Source: Dehalococcoidia bacterium (GTDB lineage Bacteria; Chloroflexota; Dehalococcoidia; Lucifugimonadales; GCA-2712585). From it: 64,000 bases of DNA. The stretch spans positions 321,926-385,925 of the forward strand of contig OZ253467.1 in the NCBI GenBank assembly GCA_965261665.1. The letters are read 5' to 3'. Under the pieces are notes generated by a model. The model was not told the origin of the DNA. It saw nothing but the letters and a program-made list of their open reading frames with translations, and ran no database searches. The position numbers and the translations under genes are program-made. Shown one piece after another: positions 1-7,744 of the stretch. The stretch's first letter is position 1; each line of letters starts with the position of its first letter.

Positions 1-2080
1 GAGGTAACAGACCAGAGGGATTGGCGCGAGGGGGAGGGCTGGGCGTGGGGGACGATAGATTCTTCACTCCGCTGCGCCATGTTCAGAATGACATGTGGGG
101 TGCGTTGGGGGAACGGGCGGTTCGCGAACCGCCCCTACGGGGGGAAGGGGGAAGGGAGGAAAGAGGGGGATGGGTTCGTGCATACGCGAGGACAGCGGGA
201 GGGGGAGTCGGGGGGGCGGGCGGTTCCCGAACCGCTCCTACGAGGGGTTGGCCACACAGCATATAACGGGCGACCACAAGGGTCGCCCCTACAGGAGAAG
301 GATGGCGGGGTGAGGGAAGGGGAATGGATCCCCGCATTCGCGAGGACAACGGGAGGGGGAGTCGGGGGGCGGGCGGTTCGGAACCCCCCCGTACGAGGGG
401 GTTGGGCACACAGCATATAACGGACGACCACAAGGGTCGCCCCTACGGGGGGAGGATGGCCGGGTGGGGAAGGGGAATGGGTCCCCGCATTCGCGAGGAC
501 AACTGGAGGGGGAGGGTTGGGCGTGGGGGACGATAGATTCTTCACTCCGCTGCGCTATGTTCAGAATGACATGGGGGGAGTACTACGTTCAGAATGACAT
601 GTGAGTGGAGGGGGAGGATCACCCCCATCCCCCGTCTTCACGAGGGCAGGTTCTAACCTTCCCCCATCAAGGGGGAAGGGATTTTTGGGCACGGAACGGG
701 CTATTTTCATAGGAATAACCGTTGGGAGGGGGAGTCGGGGGGCGGGCGGTTCCCGAACCGCTCCTACGAGGGGTTGGTCACACAGCATATAACGGGCGAC
801 CACAAGGGTCGCCCCTACAGGGGGGAGGATGGCCGGGTGGGGGAAGGGGAATGGGTCCCCGCATGCGCCGAGGGCGTGGAGGGGAGGGAGTACCCGGCGG
901 CGAGATTCTTCGAGGGACTCGGAATGACATGTGGGGTGCGTTGGGGGAACGGGCGGTTCGCGAACCGCCCCTACGGGGGGAGGGGAAAGGGAGGGAAGAG
1001 GGGAATGGGTTTGTGCATATGCGATGACACGGGAGAGGGATGGGTCCCCGCATTCGCGAGGACAACGGGAGGGGGAGTCGGGGGGCGGGCGGTTCCCGAA
1101 TCGCTCCTACGAGGGGTTGGTCACACAGCATATAACGGGCGACCACAAGGGTCGCCCCTACAGGAGAAGGATGGCGGGGTGAGATGTTCACTCCCGCCCC
1201 CCCGTCTTCACGGGGCCAGGCTATGCGCGAGGGCGACGGGAGGGGGAGGGTTGGGCGTGGGGGACGATAGATTCTTCACTCCGCTGCGCTACGTTCAGAA
1301 TGACATGTGAGTGGAGGGGGAGGATCACCCCCATCCCCCGTCTTCACGAGGGCAGGCTCTAACCTTCCCCCATCAAGGGGGAAGGGATTTTTGGGCACGG
1401 AACGGGCTGTTTTCATAGGAATAACCGTTGGGAGGGGGAGTCGGGGGGGGGCGGTTCCCGAACCGCTCCTACGAGGGGTTGGTAGCACAGGCGTATAACG
1501 GGCGACCACAAGGGTCGCCCGTACAGGAGAAGGATGGCGGGGTGAGGGAAGGGGGATGGGTCCCCGCATTCGCGAGGGCGTGGAGGGGAGGGAGTACCCG
1601 GCGGCGAGATTCTTCGAGGGACTCGGAATGACATGTGGGGTGCGTTGGGGGAACGGGCGGTTCGCGAACTGCCCCTACGGGGGGAGGGGGAAGGGAGGGA
1701 AGAGGGGGATGGGTTCTGCATGCGCGAGGACAATGGGAGGGGGAGTCGGGGGGCGGGCGTTTCCCGAACCGCTCCTACGAGGGGTTGGTAGCACAGCGTA
1801 TGACGGGCGACCACAAGGGTCGCTCCTACGGGGGGAGGATGGCCGGGTGGGGAAGGGGAATGGGTCCCCGCATTCGCGAGGACAACGGGAGGGGGGAAAG
1901 GACATTCACCCCATAACCCGTCTTCACGGGGCCAGGCTATGTGCGAGGGCGACGGGAGGGGGAGGGGGAGGATCACCCCCATCCCCCGTCTTCACGAGGG
2001 CAGGCTCTAACCTTCCCCCATCAAGGGGGAAGGGATTTGTAGGCGCTGAACGGGCTGTTTTCATAGGAATGACAGGTGGA
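1..2080. repeat. GC-rich modular hairpin-repeat array with higher-order ~705-bp units; runs off the window start
   Basis: Recurring modules include the palindrome GGGCGGTTCGCGAACCGCCC (115-134, 951-970), GGGCGACCACAAGGGTCGCCCCTAC, AGATTCTTCACTCCGCTGCGC..CAGAATGACA and the hairpin CCTTCCCCCATCAAGGGGGAAGG. Anchors recur at 616/1322/1970 and 903/1607. ORFs overlap in all six frames and are G/R/P-rich. Confidence 0.85.
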
Positions 2081-2083
2081 GAT

Positions 2084-3247
2084 TTAGGGCGCTAACTCCG
2101 CCACGGCCGATACCAGCTTCTCCAAGTCCTCCTCGTTGTTGAAGGCGTGGGTGGCAGCTCGAACACAGGAAAGCTCCGACACCTGCCTAACCACTATACC
2201 GTACTCGTTCCACAGTCGACTCACTGCCTCATCCGGCGCAACGCCTTCTATCTGGAAGGAGGTCAGACCGCAGGAGCGGGCATCGTCCATGGGGGAGAGG
2301 ACCTTAACGCCGGACACTCCCGACAGAGCTTTCTTCAGTTCGCCGGCCAGAGCCAGCGTCCGGGCCTCCACGGCTTCGACGCCCATCTCGTGATGGAAGG
2401 CCACAGCTTCGGCAAATCCCGCCGCCAGGGGCGAGCTGGAGGTGGTCAAGAGGAACTTGTCTATGGTGTCCGTGCTGGGATCGAAACTTCCATGCTCGTC
2501 GTAGGACGAGGCGGCACGGCCCGATACGCGTGTTGGGGCAACGGAGGAAATCAGGTCCTGACGGATGTACAGGGCACCGGTCCCGTCGGGGCCCAGAAGC
2601 CACTTTTGGCCGGGGATGGAATAGAAGTCGCAGTCCAACGCCCGCATGTCAAGGGCAATGTGGCCTGCCGTCTGGGCTCCGTCTATGAGCATCTGCACCC
2701 CGGCATCCCTGGTGAGTTTCCTCAACCCCTCGGCGGGCATGCGTAGGCCGCAGGTGTACTGGATATGGCTGAAGAAAAGGAGGCGCGTCCGGGGAGAGAT
2801 GGCCTCGGCGACGCGGCTCAGAATCTCCTCGTGGGTGTCGGTGGGACTAAGGTCGAGGACCTTCAGGCGGACGCCGTGGCGGCCGGGCAACAGGTAGGCC
2901 GGGATGAGCACGGAACTGTGCTCAAGGCCGAAGGTGATGACTTCGTCTCCTTCCCTCCAGTCGAGGCCATTCACGACAAGGTTCAAGCCGTCGGTAGTGC
3001 ACTGGGTAAGGACGATTTCCTGGGGTGATACGTTGAGGAGGGCTGCCGCCCGCTCTCGGGCTTTTTGCTGGATCTCCCGACCGCTCTGGTATACGGGCGG
3101 GCTGGTGGGGCCGTTGTAGCTTTCGTACTCCACGCGGTCTGTCACCGCCTGCACGACGGACTTGGGGGAAGGGCCATCCCAACCCGTGTTCAGGTAGACC
3201 ATCTTTTGGCAAGCCGGAATCTGTTCTCTAATCCGCTGGACGTCCAC
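2084..3247 (-). CDS. Aminotransferase class V (cysteine desulfurase / isopenicillin-N epimerase-like)
   Basis: 387-aa ORF with a typical class-V fold-type I pattern (VYLNTGWDGP, TQCTTDGLNLV, FFSHIQYTCG, IDGAQTAGH, YSIPGQKWLLGP). Confidence 0.8.
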   Translation of the reverse strand: MDVQRIREQIPACQKMVYLNTGWDGPSPKSVVQAVTDRVEYESYNGPTSPPVYQSGREIQQKARERAAALLNVSPQEIVLTQCTTDGLNLVVNGLDWREGDEVITFGLEHSSVLIPAYLLPGRHGVRLKVLDLSPTDTHEEILSRVAEAISPRTRLLFFSHIQYTCGLRMPAEGLRKLTRDAGVQMLIDGAQTAGHIALDMRALDCDFYSIPGQKWLLGPDGTGALYIRQDLISSVAPTRVSGRAASSYDEHGSFDPSTDTIDKFLLTTSSSPLAAGFAEAVAFHHEMGVEAVEARTLALAGELKKALSGVSGVKVLSPMDDARSCGLTSFQIEGVAPDEAVSRLWNEYGIVVRQVSELSCVRAATHAFNNEEDLEKLVSAVAELAP

Positions 3248-3446
3248 TTATCAACTCCTAGTCAGATTTCTGGCCCAATGATAGCACTTGGGACGGGGCA
3301 AGGGAGAAGATAAAGGCGTTTACGGCCCTGCTATGTTGCGTTATGTGTGGTCTTGCTTCAAAATGGAAAAGTTAATTTACTGTAGAGCCGCCCTTTGGGA
3401 AACCGGCCGCGCAGAAAAGTCGTAATAAGGTCAGGAGAACCCGAGG

Positions 3447-4886
3447 ATGAGCCAAGAAGAAAACAATCGCCTGGGGATCATATGCCCCCACTGCGGGGCG
3501 ATGGACCAGGAGATGGGATCCCGGTGTGCGGGTTGTGGTCGTTTAATTGCCGAGGGCCTACCCGAGTGGGCGCATAGGATGCCCCGTCGCGGCCTCTTCG
3601 GGCGGCAGGGCCTCATCTTCATGACCCAGAACAAGTGGCTTCTGATAGTGCTGGTCGTCATATCGGTGACGGCGGTGGTATGGCACAACTACCACGTCAT
3701 CCCCAACCCCGTTACCCTGCTTCAGACCAGGCCCAGCACCAACCTTTCGTCCCTTTCCGAGCCAGGCCAATGGTCCATGGCGGCGTCGAATTACGAGCGG
3801 ACCAGCTACGTGCCGAACCCGCCATCGCTGCCCCAAGGGAAGCTCCTCTGGTCGACGGAGGAGGGGTTAATCGAGGGTCAATCGCTGCCCGCCGTCGTGG
3901 ACAGCACCATATACGTGGGCAGCCGCTTCAAGTTCATGGCCCTGGATGCAAACACGGGGCAAATGAAATGGCTGCGCGACATGCCCGGCCTGGTGAACTC
4001 ATCCCCCGCCGTGGCAGGGGACAACGTGTACGCGGGTTCCACCGACACCAAGGTCTGGGTCTTCGATAAGGACACCGGCGATACCAGGTGGACGTTCAAT
4101 ACGGACAACTACATTAGCAGCTCCCCCATGGTTGCCAACGGATACCTGTTCATCGGTTCCGGCGACAATTCGATGTACGCTTTGGACGCCGCAACGGGAG
4201 AGGAGCTGTGGGAGTTCCCTACCGAGAACCTGATAACCGCGCCGCCTTCTCTGTACAAAGGGGTTCTCTACTTTTCTTCCCAGGACAATAGCCTCTATTC
4301 CGTCAACTACCGCACGGGCGAGGGAAGAATGCGGTTCCGAACCCGGGGCGTCGCGTCGTTCGAGCCCGCGGTGATGTCCCACGGACTGGCGTACATGGCC
4401 TCCGCAAACGATATCCTCACGGCCAAGGCAGGCATTCGGGAGATCCCCGGCCGATGGCAGCGGGAGAAGCTGTGGGGGACCCTGTGGCTCAGGTGGGGCG
4501 CCCCCATTCCGAGGCCGCCGTCTCAACAGGGGACCAATTGGCGATGGTCGCCGCCAGACAAGGCATTTATAACCTCTGCGCCGGCGATAACGGAAGATAC
4601 CCTTTACGTGGGGGACTCTGAAGGAACATTCCGATCTATGGAACCAACAACGCCCACGGAGATATGGTCCTTTCAGGCGAGGGGCGGCATTCGATCATCG
4701 CCCATAGTGGCCGCCGACACGGTGTACTTCGCCACCACCGAGGGACTGGTCTACGCCCTTAACCGGCACACGGGGCAGGAGCTTTGGAGCGTATCCCTGG
4801 GTTCGCCGGTGATGCTGGCTCCGTCGCTGGCGGAGGGAAAGCTGTTCGTCAGAACAGAGGATGGTCGGATACACGCCATAGAGTGA
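3447..4886 (+). CDS. PQQ-like beta-propeller repeat protein with N-terminal zinc ribbon and one TM helix
   Basis: N-terminal CPHCG..CAGCG, then a hydrophobic helix (WLLIVLVVISVTAVVW). Repeated motifs of the form G..Y.GS.D..vYALDa.TGe.lW are typical of BamB/PQQ propellers. Confidence 0.75.
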   Translation: MSQEENNRLGIICPHCGAMDQEMGSRCAGCGRLIAEGLPEWAHRMPRRGLFGRQGLIFMTQNKWLLIVLVVISVTAVVWHNYHVIPNPVTLLQTRPSTNLSSLSEPGQWSMAASNYERTSYVPNPPSLPQGKLLWSTEEGLIEGQSLPAVVDSTIYVGSRFKFMALDANTGQMKWLRDMPGLVNSSPAVAGDNVYAGSTDTKVWVFDKDTGDTRWTFNTDNYISSSPMVANGYLFIGSGDNSMYALDAATGEELWEFPTENLITAPPSLYKGVLYFSSQDNSLYSVNYRTGEGRMRFRTRGVASFEPAVMSHGLAYMASANDILTAKAGIREIPGRWQREKLWGTLWLRWGAPIPRPPSQQGTNWRWSPPDKAFITSAPAITEDTLYVGDSEGTFRSMEPTTPTEIWSFQARGGIRSSPIVAADTVYFATTEGLVYALNRHTGQELWSVSLGSPVMLAPSLAEGKLFVRTEDGRIHAIE

Positions 4887-5035
4887 CGAATGGGGGTTGG
4901 GCGTAAGCCGAAGAGATTCTTCGCTGACGCTCAACATGACAAGGCGGAGAGGGACGTTCGGGATGATGGCCGGGGGTTGAGGTATAAGGGGAAGGGCGGC
5001 TCGCGAACCGCCCTACGGAGGGAGAGGGGAACTAG
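4887..5035. repeat. Patch of the dispersed modular repeats between convergent genes
   Basis: Contains AGATTCTTCGCTGACGCTCAACATGACA and the palindrome GGGCGGCTCGCGAACCGCCC (4994-5013). Confidence 0.6.
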
Positions 5036-5038
5036 CGG

Positions 5039-5422
5039 TTACCAGTGCCAGATGGCTTCGTGGGAATCAAAGAGGTCTGCCAGACCTTCCCGGTCAACCA
5101 TCTTGACCCCGTCAACTAGCTCCGACTCGTTGATGCCCCGGTCTTCCACGTCCTCCCTGACCACGTAGGTATCCACGCCCGCCCCAATGAGGCCCTCTAC
5201 GTCCTCGTCCAGCTTGGGGGGGTTGGAAAGGGGAACGCCGCCGATGGTTATGCCGCTGGCGTCCTGACCCCGAACGGCATAGTTCACGGCGTTGGAGCGG
5301 AGGAGGACAGAGATGTCCGCCCCGGCGTTCTTGAGAATGTGGGACATCCAGAGGATGGTATCGTCCTGCTCCTCCAGGGTGCCGTGGTAGGCCCGTTCGA
5401 CGATGGAAAGGATTTTGGACAT
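5039..5422 (-). CDS. DsrE/DsrF/DsrH-like sulfur-relay family protein
   Basis: 127 aa, last of three adjacent small DsrE-fold-like ORFs. The family call rests on general resemblance only. Confidence 0.55.
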   Translation of the reverse strand: MSKILSIVERAYHGTLEEQDDTILWMSHILKNAGADISVLLRSNAVNYAVRGQDASGITIGGVPLSNPPKLDEDVEGLIGAGVDTYVVREDVEDRGINESELVDGVKMVDREGLADLFDSHEAIWHW

Positions 5423-5431
5423 GAGACCCTC

Positions 5432-5821
5432 CTACTTGGTGCCGATTACCAGGGTGTTAGAGCTCTCCTGAGACCACTTGAAGAAGTCCGCCGGCGCACC
5501 GCGACGAGCGCCGTCTATCCAGTTGCCGGAACCGCGCTCGTCGACACAGAGGCCGCAGTTGATCCAGTCCACCTGCTCAGTGGCGAGAAGCCCGGCGATG
5601 AACCGGGAACTGGAGGGGTGGTCTTCCTCCTCAGCGGTAGTGCCCTTAACCGGATTGGGATGGGCGGCCTGGTCTTTCATTGTCAGGTTAACAGCGCCTT
5701 CGTAGGCAAACACGTTCACCTGGTGGCCCTTTCGCACCGCGGCGTCCATGATTCGCATGGCCGTGGTGGTGGTTTCAGCCTCGTAGGGCGGGTCCATAAG
5801 GGCGATGGTAATGGTTGCCAT
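5432..5821 (-). CDS. DsrE/TusD family sulfur-relay protein
   Basis: 129 aa. N-terminal ITIALMDPPYE and a conserved Cys motif (NCGLCVDERG), as in DsrE/TusD. Confidence 0.65.
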   Translation of the reverse strand: MATITIALMDPPYEAETTTTAMRIMDAAVRKGHQVNVFAYEGAVNLTMKDQAAHPNPVKGTTAEEEDHPSSSRFIAGLLATEQVDWINCGLCVDERGSGNWIDGARRGAPADFFKWSQESSNTLVIGTK

Positions 5822-5903
5822 AGCTGCTCCTCAGTGCCAAAAGGTTTTCAGTATGATGACGTCGGTAGATACCAAAGGCAATTGCTTCCTATCCTGCGGC
5901 TCT

Positions 5904-6239
5904 TTAATGCCAAAGGGCTTTGGTATCTTCCTTGGCCAGCAGGTCCACCAGGAAATCCACATCGGACACCTCAACACCGCCTACCAGAGGGGTAGGGGCA
6001 ATGGCGCGTTCCCGTAGAGAGAACTCATCCGCCAGCACCCTGACGGGCTGGCTCTGCTGGAAGAGGCGGTTGAGGGGATTGTTCCTCACGCCGGGACGGG
6101 TAACGAGGACGCCGTTCTGGATGAGGAAGAGGGTAACGCTGTTGCCCTTGCGAGCCAGGTCTGCCGCCATGTCGTACATATAGCGGGCGTCGCCGTACTC
6201 GAAGGGGTCGCGGGATTCAATAAGCAGATAGTTGGCCAA
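5904..6239 (-). CDS. DsrE/DsrF/DsrH-like sulfur-relay family protein (start uncertain)
   Basis: The track ORF is 5904..6326. An in-frame TTG at 6239 gives the canonical N-terminus (M)ANYLLIESRDPFE with a G-rich stretch upstream. Confidence 0.5.
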   Translation of the reverse strand: MANYLLIESRDPFEYGDARYMYDMAADLARKGNSVTLFLIQNGVLVTRPGVRNNPLNRLFQQSQPVRVLADEFSLRERAIAPTPLVGGVEVSDVDFLVDLLAKEDTKALWH

Positions 6240-6371
6240 GTAACACCCCCGCAAGGCAGGCATGCGCCAAGCTAGGACGCTGCCGTGGAATGGCTTATTA
6301 TAGCAATTAGGGGCGCTTATCGTCAACGAGAGAAGAAAGCGGGGCGAGAATGAGGCGCTTTTTCGTGTAGA

Positions 6372-7022
6372 ATGGGCCTCGTGGAACCCGGTTTACAGGA
6401 CTATTTTTTTGATCGGGTAGACGGGGGCGACGACGCTCTTTTCTATCGGGAGCCGCGGCTTGTCGTGCATATCGACGACGCTGCCATTGCTGAGATTGGG
6501 CGCATATTTCAGGAATTCCTGCCCGCCAACGGGGTCATCCTGGACCTGATGAGCAGCTGGCGGTCGCACCTACCCGCAGATTTCGTCAAAGCTCGGATGG
6601 TGGGTCTGGGGCTGAACGACGTGGAGATGCGGGAGAACCCTCAGCTGGACGATTTTGTGGTCCATGACGTAAATCAAGACCCTCGACTGCCGTTTGAGGA
6701 CGCTAGCTTCGACGGGGTGATTCTGACGGTGTCGGTGCAGTACCTGACGAGTCCGGTGGAGGTGTTGAGGGACGTGGGTCGGATACTCAGGCCGGGAGGG
6801 TCCCTCGTGATTACTTTCTCCAACAGGATGTTTCCCACCAAGGCGGTGCGGATATGGCAGGGGTGCAGCGACGAGCAACGGATGACGTTGGTGAAGCTGT
6901 ACCTGCAGAAAGCGGGAGGTTTTGAGGATATTCGGGCGGAGGACCGGAGTCCGCAGCCGAAGGGGTTCTCTGATCCGGTGTATTTGGTGGCGGGGAGGAA
7001 GGGATTCAAGCCGCCCTCCTAA
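6372..7022 (+). CDS. Class I SAM-dependent methyltransferase (Methyltransf_11-like)
   Basis: VILDLMSSW (motif I-like), FDGVILTVSVQYL, LRPGGSLVITFSN. Confidence 0.7.
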   Translation: MGLVEPGLQDYFFDRVDGGDDALFYREPRLVVHIDDAAIAEIGRIFQEFLPANGVILDLMSSWRSHLPADFVKARMVGLGLNDVEMRENPQLDDFVVHDVNQDPRLPFEDASFDGVILTVSVQYLTSPVEVLRDVGRILRPGGSLVITFSNRMFPTKAVRIWQGCSDEQRMTLVKLYLQKAGGFEDIRAEDRSPQPKGFSDPVYLVAGRKGFKPPS

Positions 7023-7116
7023 GCCGCGCCGATCCCCGAGTCAACAAGATTCTTCGCTGTCGCCTTGTGAAGGCCGGAAAAGGGATAAACGGCCTATTTT
7101 CATGGTAATTTGCAGA

Positions 7117-7151
7117 CTAAAAAGGGGGGCGGCTCCGTGGAGCCGCCCCCC
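7117..7151 (-). terminator. Rho-independent terminator (minus strand)
   Basis: GGGGGGCGGCTCC-gt-GGAGCCGCCCCCC hairpin (7124-7151), followed on the minus strand by TTTTT (7118-7123). It lies 33 nt after the TAG at 7184-7186. Confidence 0.65.
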
Positions 7152-7183
7152 TTCTTGGTTCAACGCAATCGGAGTGTTGAAAC

Positions 7184-7603
7184 CTACGCAACCACCCACC
7201 GAGTCTGTGTGCTAGTACCGTCAGACACCCACTGGGTCTCACTGCGGTTGCCAGACTGAGATGTGCGTTCCTGTTGCTTTTCCCAGTAGACCGTGCGCTC
7301 CTCCTCGTTTTCCAAGATGAGCAAAATCTGGTTTTCCCGACTTCTACCCGTAGCTGACCAACTACCATAGCGGTCAACCCGCCTTTCTCCCGTGTCTGTC
7401 CATGGCCCCCAGGGGTCTGGGTTTGATACGGGGCAGCCGACCCACCGGGTCTGGGCGGTGGTGCCAGTCGAAACCCACCTGTTTTCGATGATGTTATCGC
7501 AGGTCCTCTGCTGTTCTTTCTCCGTGGCGTTGGTCCGAGATTCCTCGCACTCGCGGTTTGACCCGGACCCCCTGGTAGTGCCAGTGCGGCTGTAAGAGCG
7601 TGT
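7184..7603 (-). pseudogene. Detached C-terminal segment (139 codons, no start codon) of the giant protease gene
   Basis: Hand translation: TRSYSRTGTTRGSGSNRECEESRTNATEKEQQRT...WGPWTDTGERRV...ENQILLILENEEEERTVYWEKQQERTSQSGNRSETQWVSDGTSTQTRWVVA*. This is the same repeat family as the C-terminus of 7739..11641 and continues the repeat that is broken at ..TSYG. Confidence 0.7.
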
Positions 7604-7744
7604 CTAATAAATCCCTTTGCTACCTCGAGCGCTCCATGTCACCTTGAGTGAAGCCGAAGGATCTGGAGTTGGAGGGGCGGACTTCGCTGCCTAACAGATG
7701 TTTATGCTTCGCTCCACCGGCGCCTTTTTAGACACCCTCTAAGT
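7598..7744. mobile_element. 147-bp MITE-like insertion with imperfect terminal inverted repeats
   Basis: GTGTCTAA (7600-7607) pairs with TTAGACAC (7728-7735) within a ~20-nt imperfect inverted repeat. The core AGATCCTTCGGCTTCACTCAAGGTGACATGG (minus strand) belongs to the dispersed AGATTCTTC..GAATGACA module family. Flanks read TCTTAT / TCTTAC. Removing it restores ..TSYG-SYSRTG.., matching SSYGSYSRTG in the preceding repeat. Confidence 0.55.

Noticed and set aside
21-2095. Many 60-190-aa ORFs on both strands inside the first repeat array (e.g. 1413..1982, 1556..2095, 774..1310).
   Set aside because: They overlap one another in all frames, are G/R/P-rich and low in complexity, and simply follow the repeat modules. 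None has an RBS or a recognisable domain.
7117-7595. Track ORFs 7117..7377 (-) and 7392..7595 (+).
   Set aside because: A different minus-strand frame across the same DNA encodes clear homology to the giant protein's C-terminal repeats, so these ORFs are frame artefacts.
7598-7744. The 147-bp interruption of the giant gene could be an intron or intein-like element, since its length is a multiple of 3.
   Set aside because: It is far too short for a group I or II intron or an intein, it contains in-frame stops, and it has terminal inverted repeats and a core shared with the dispersed repeat family. A MITE-like insertion is the simpler reading.
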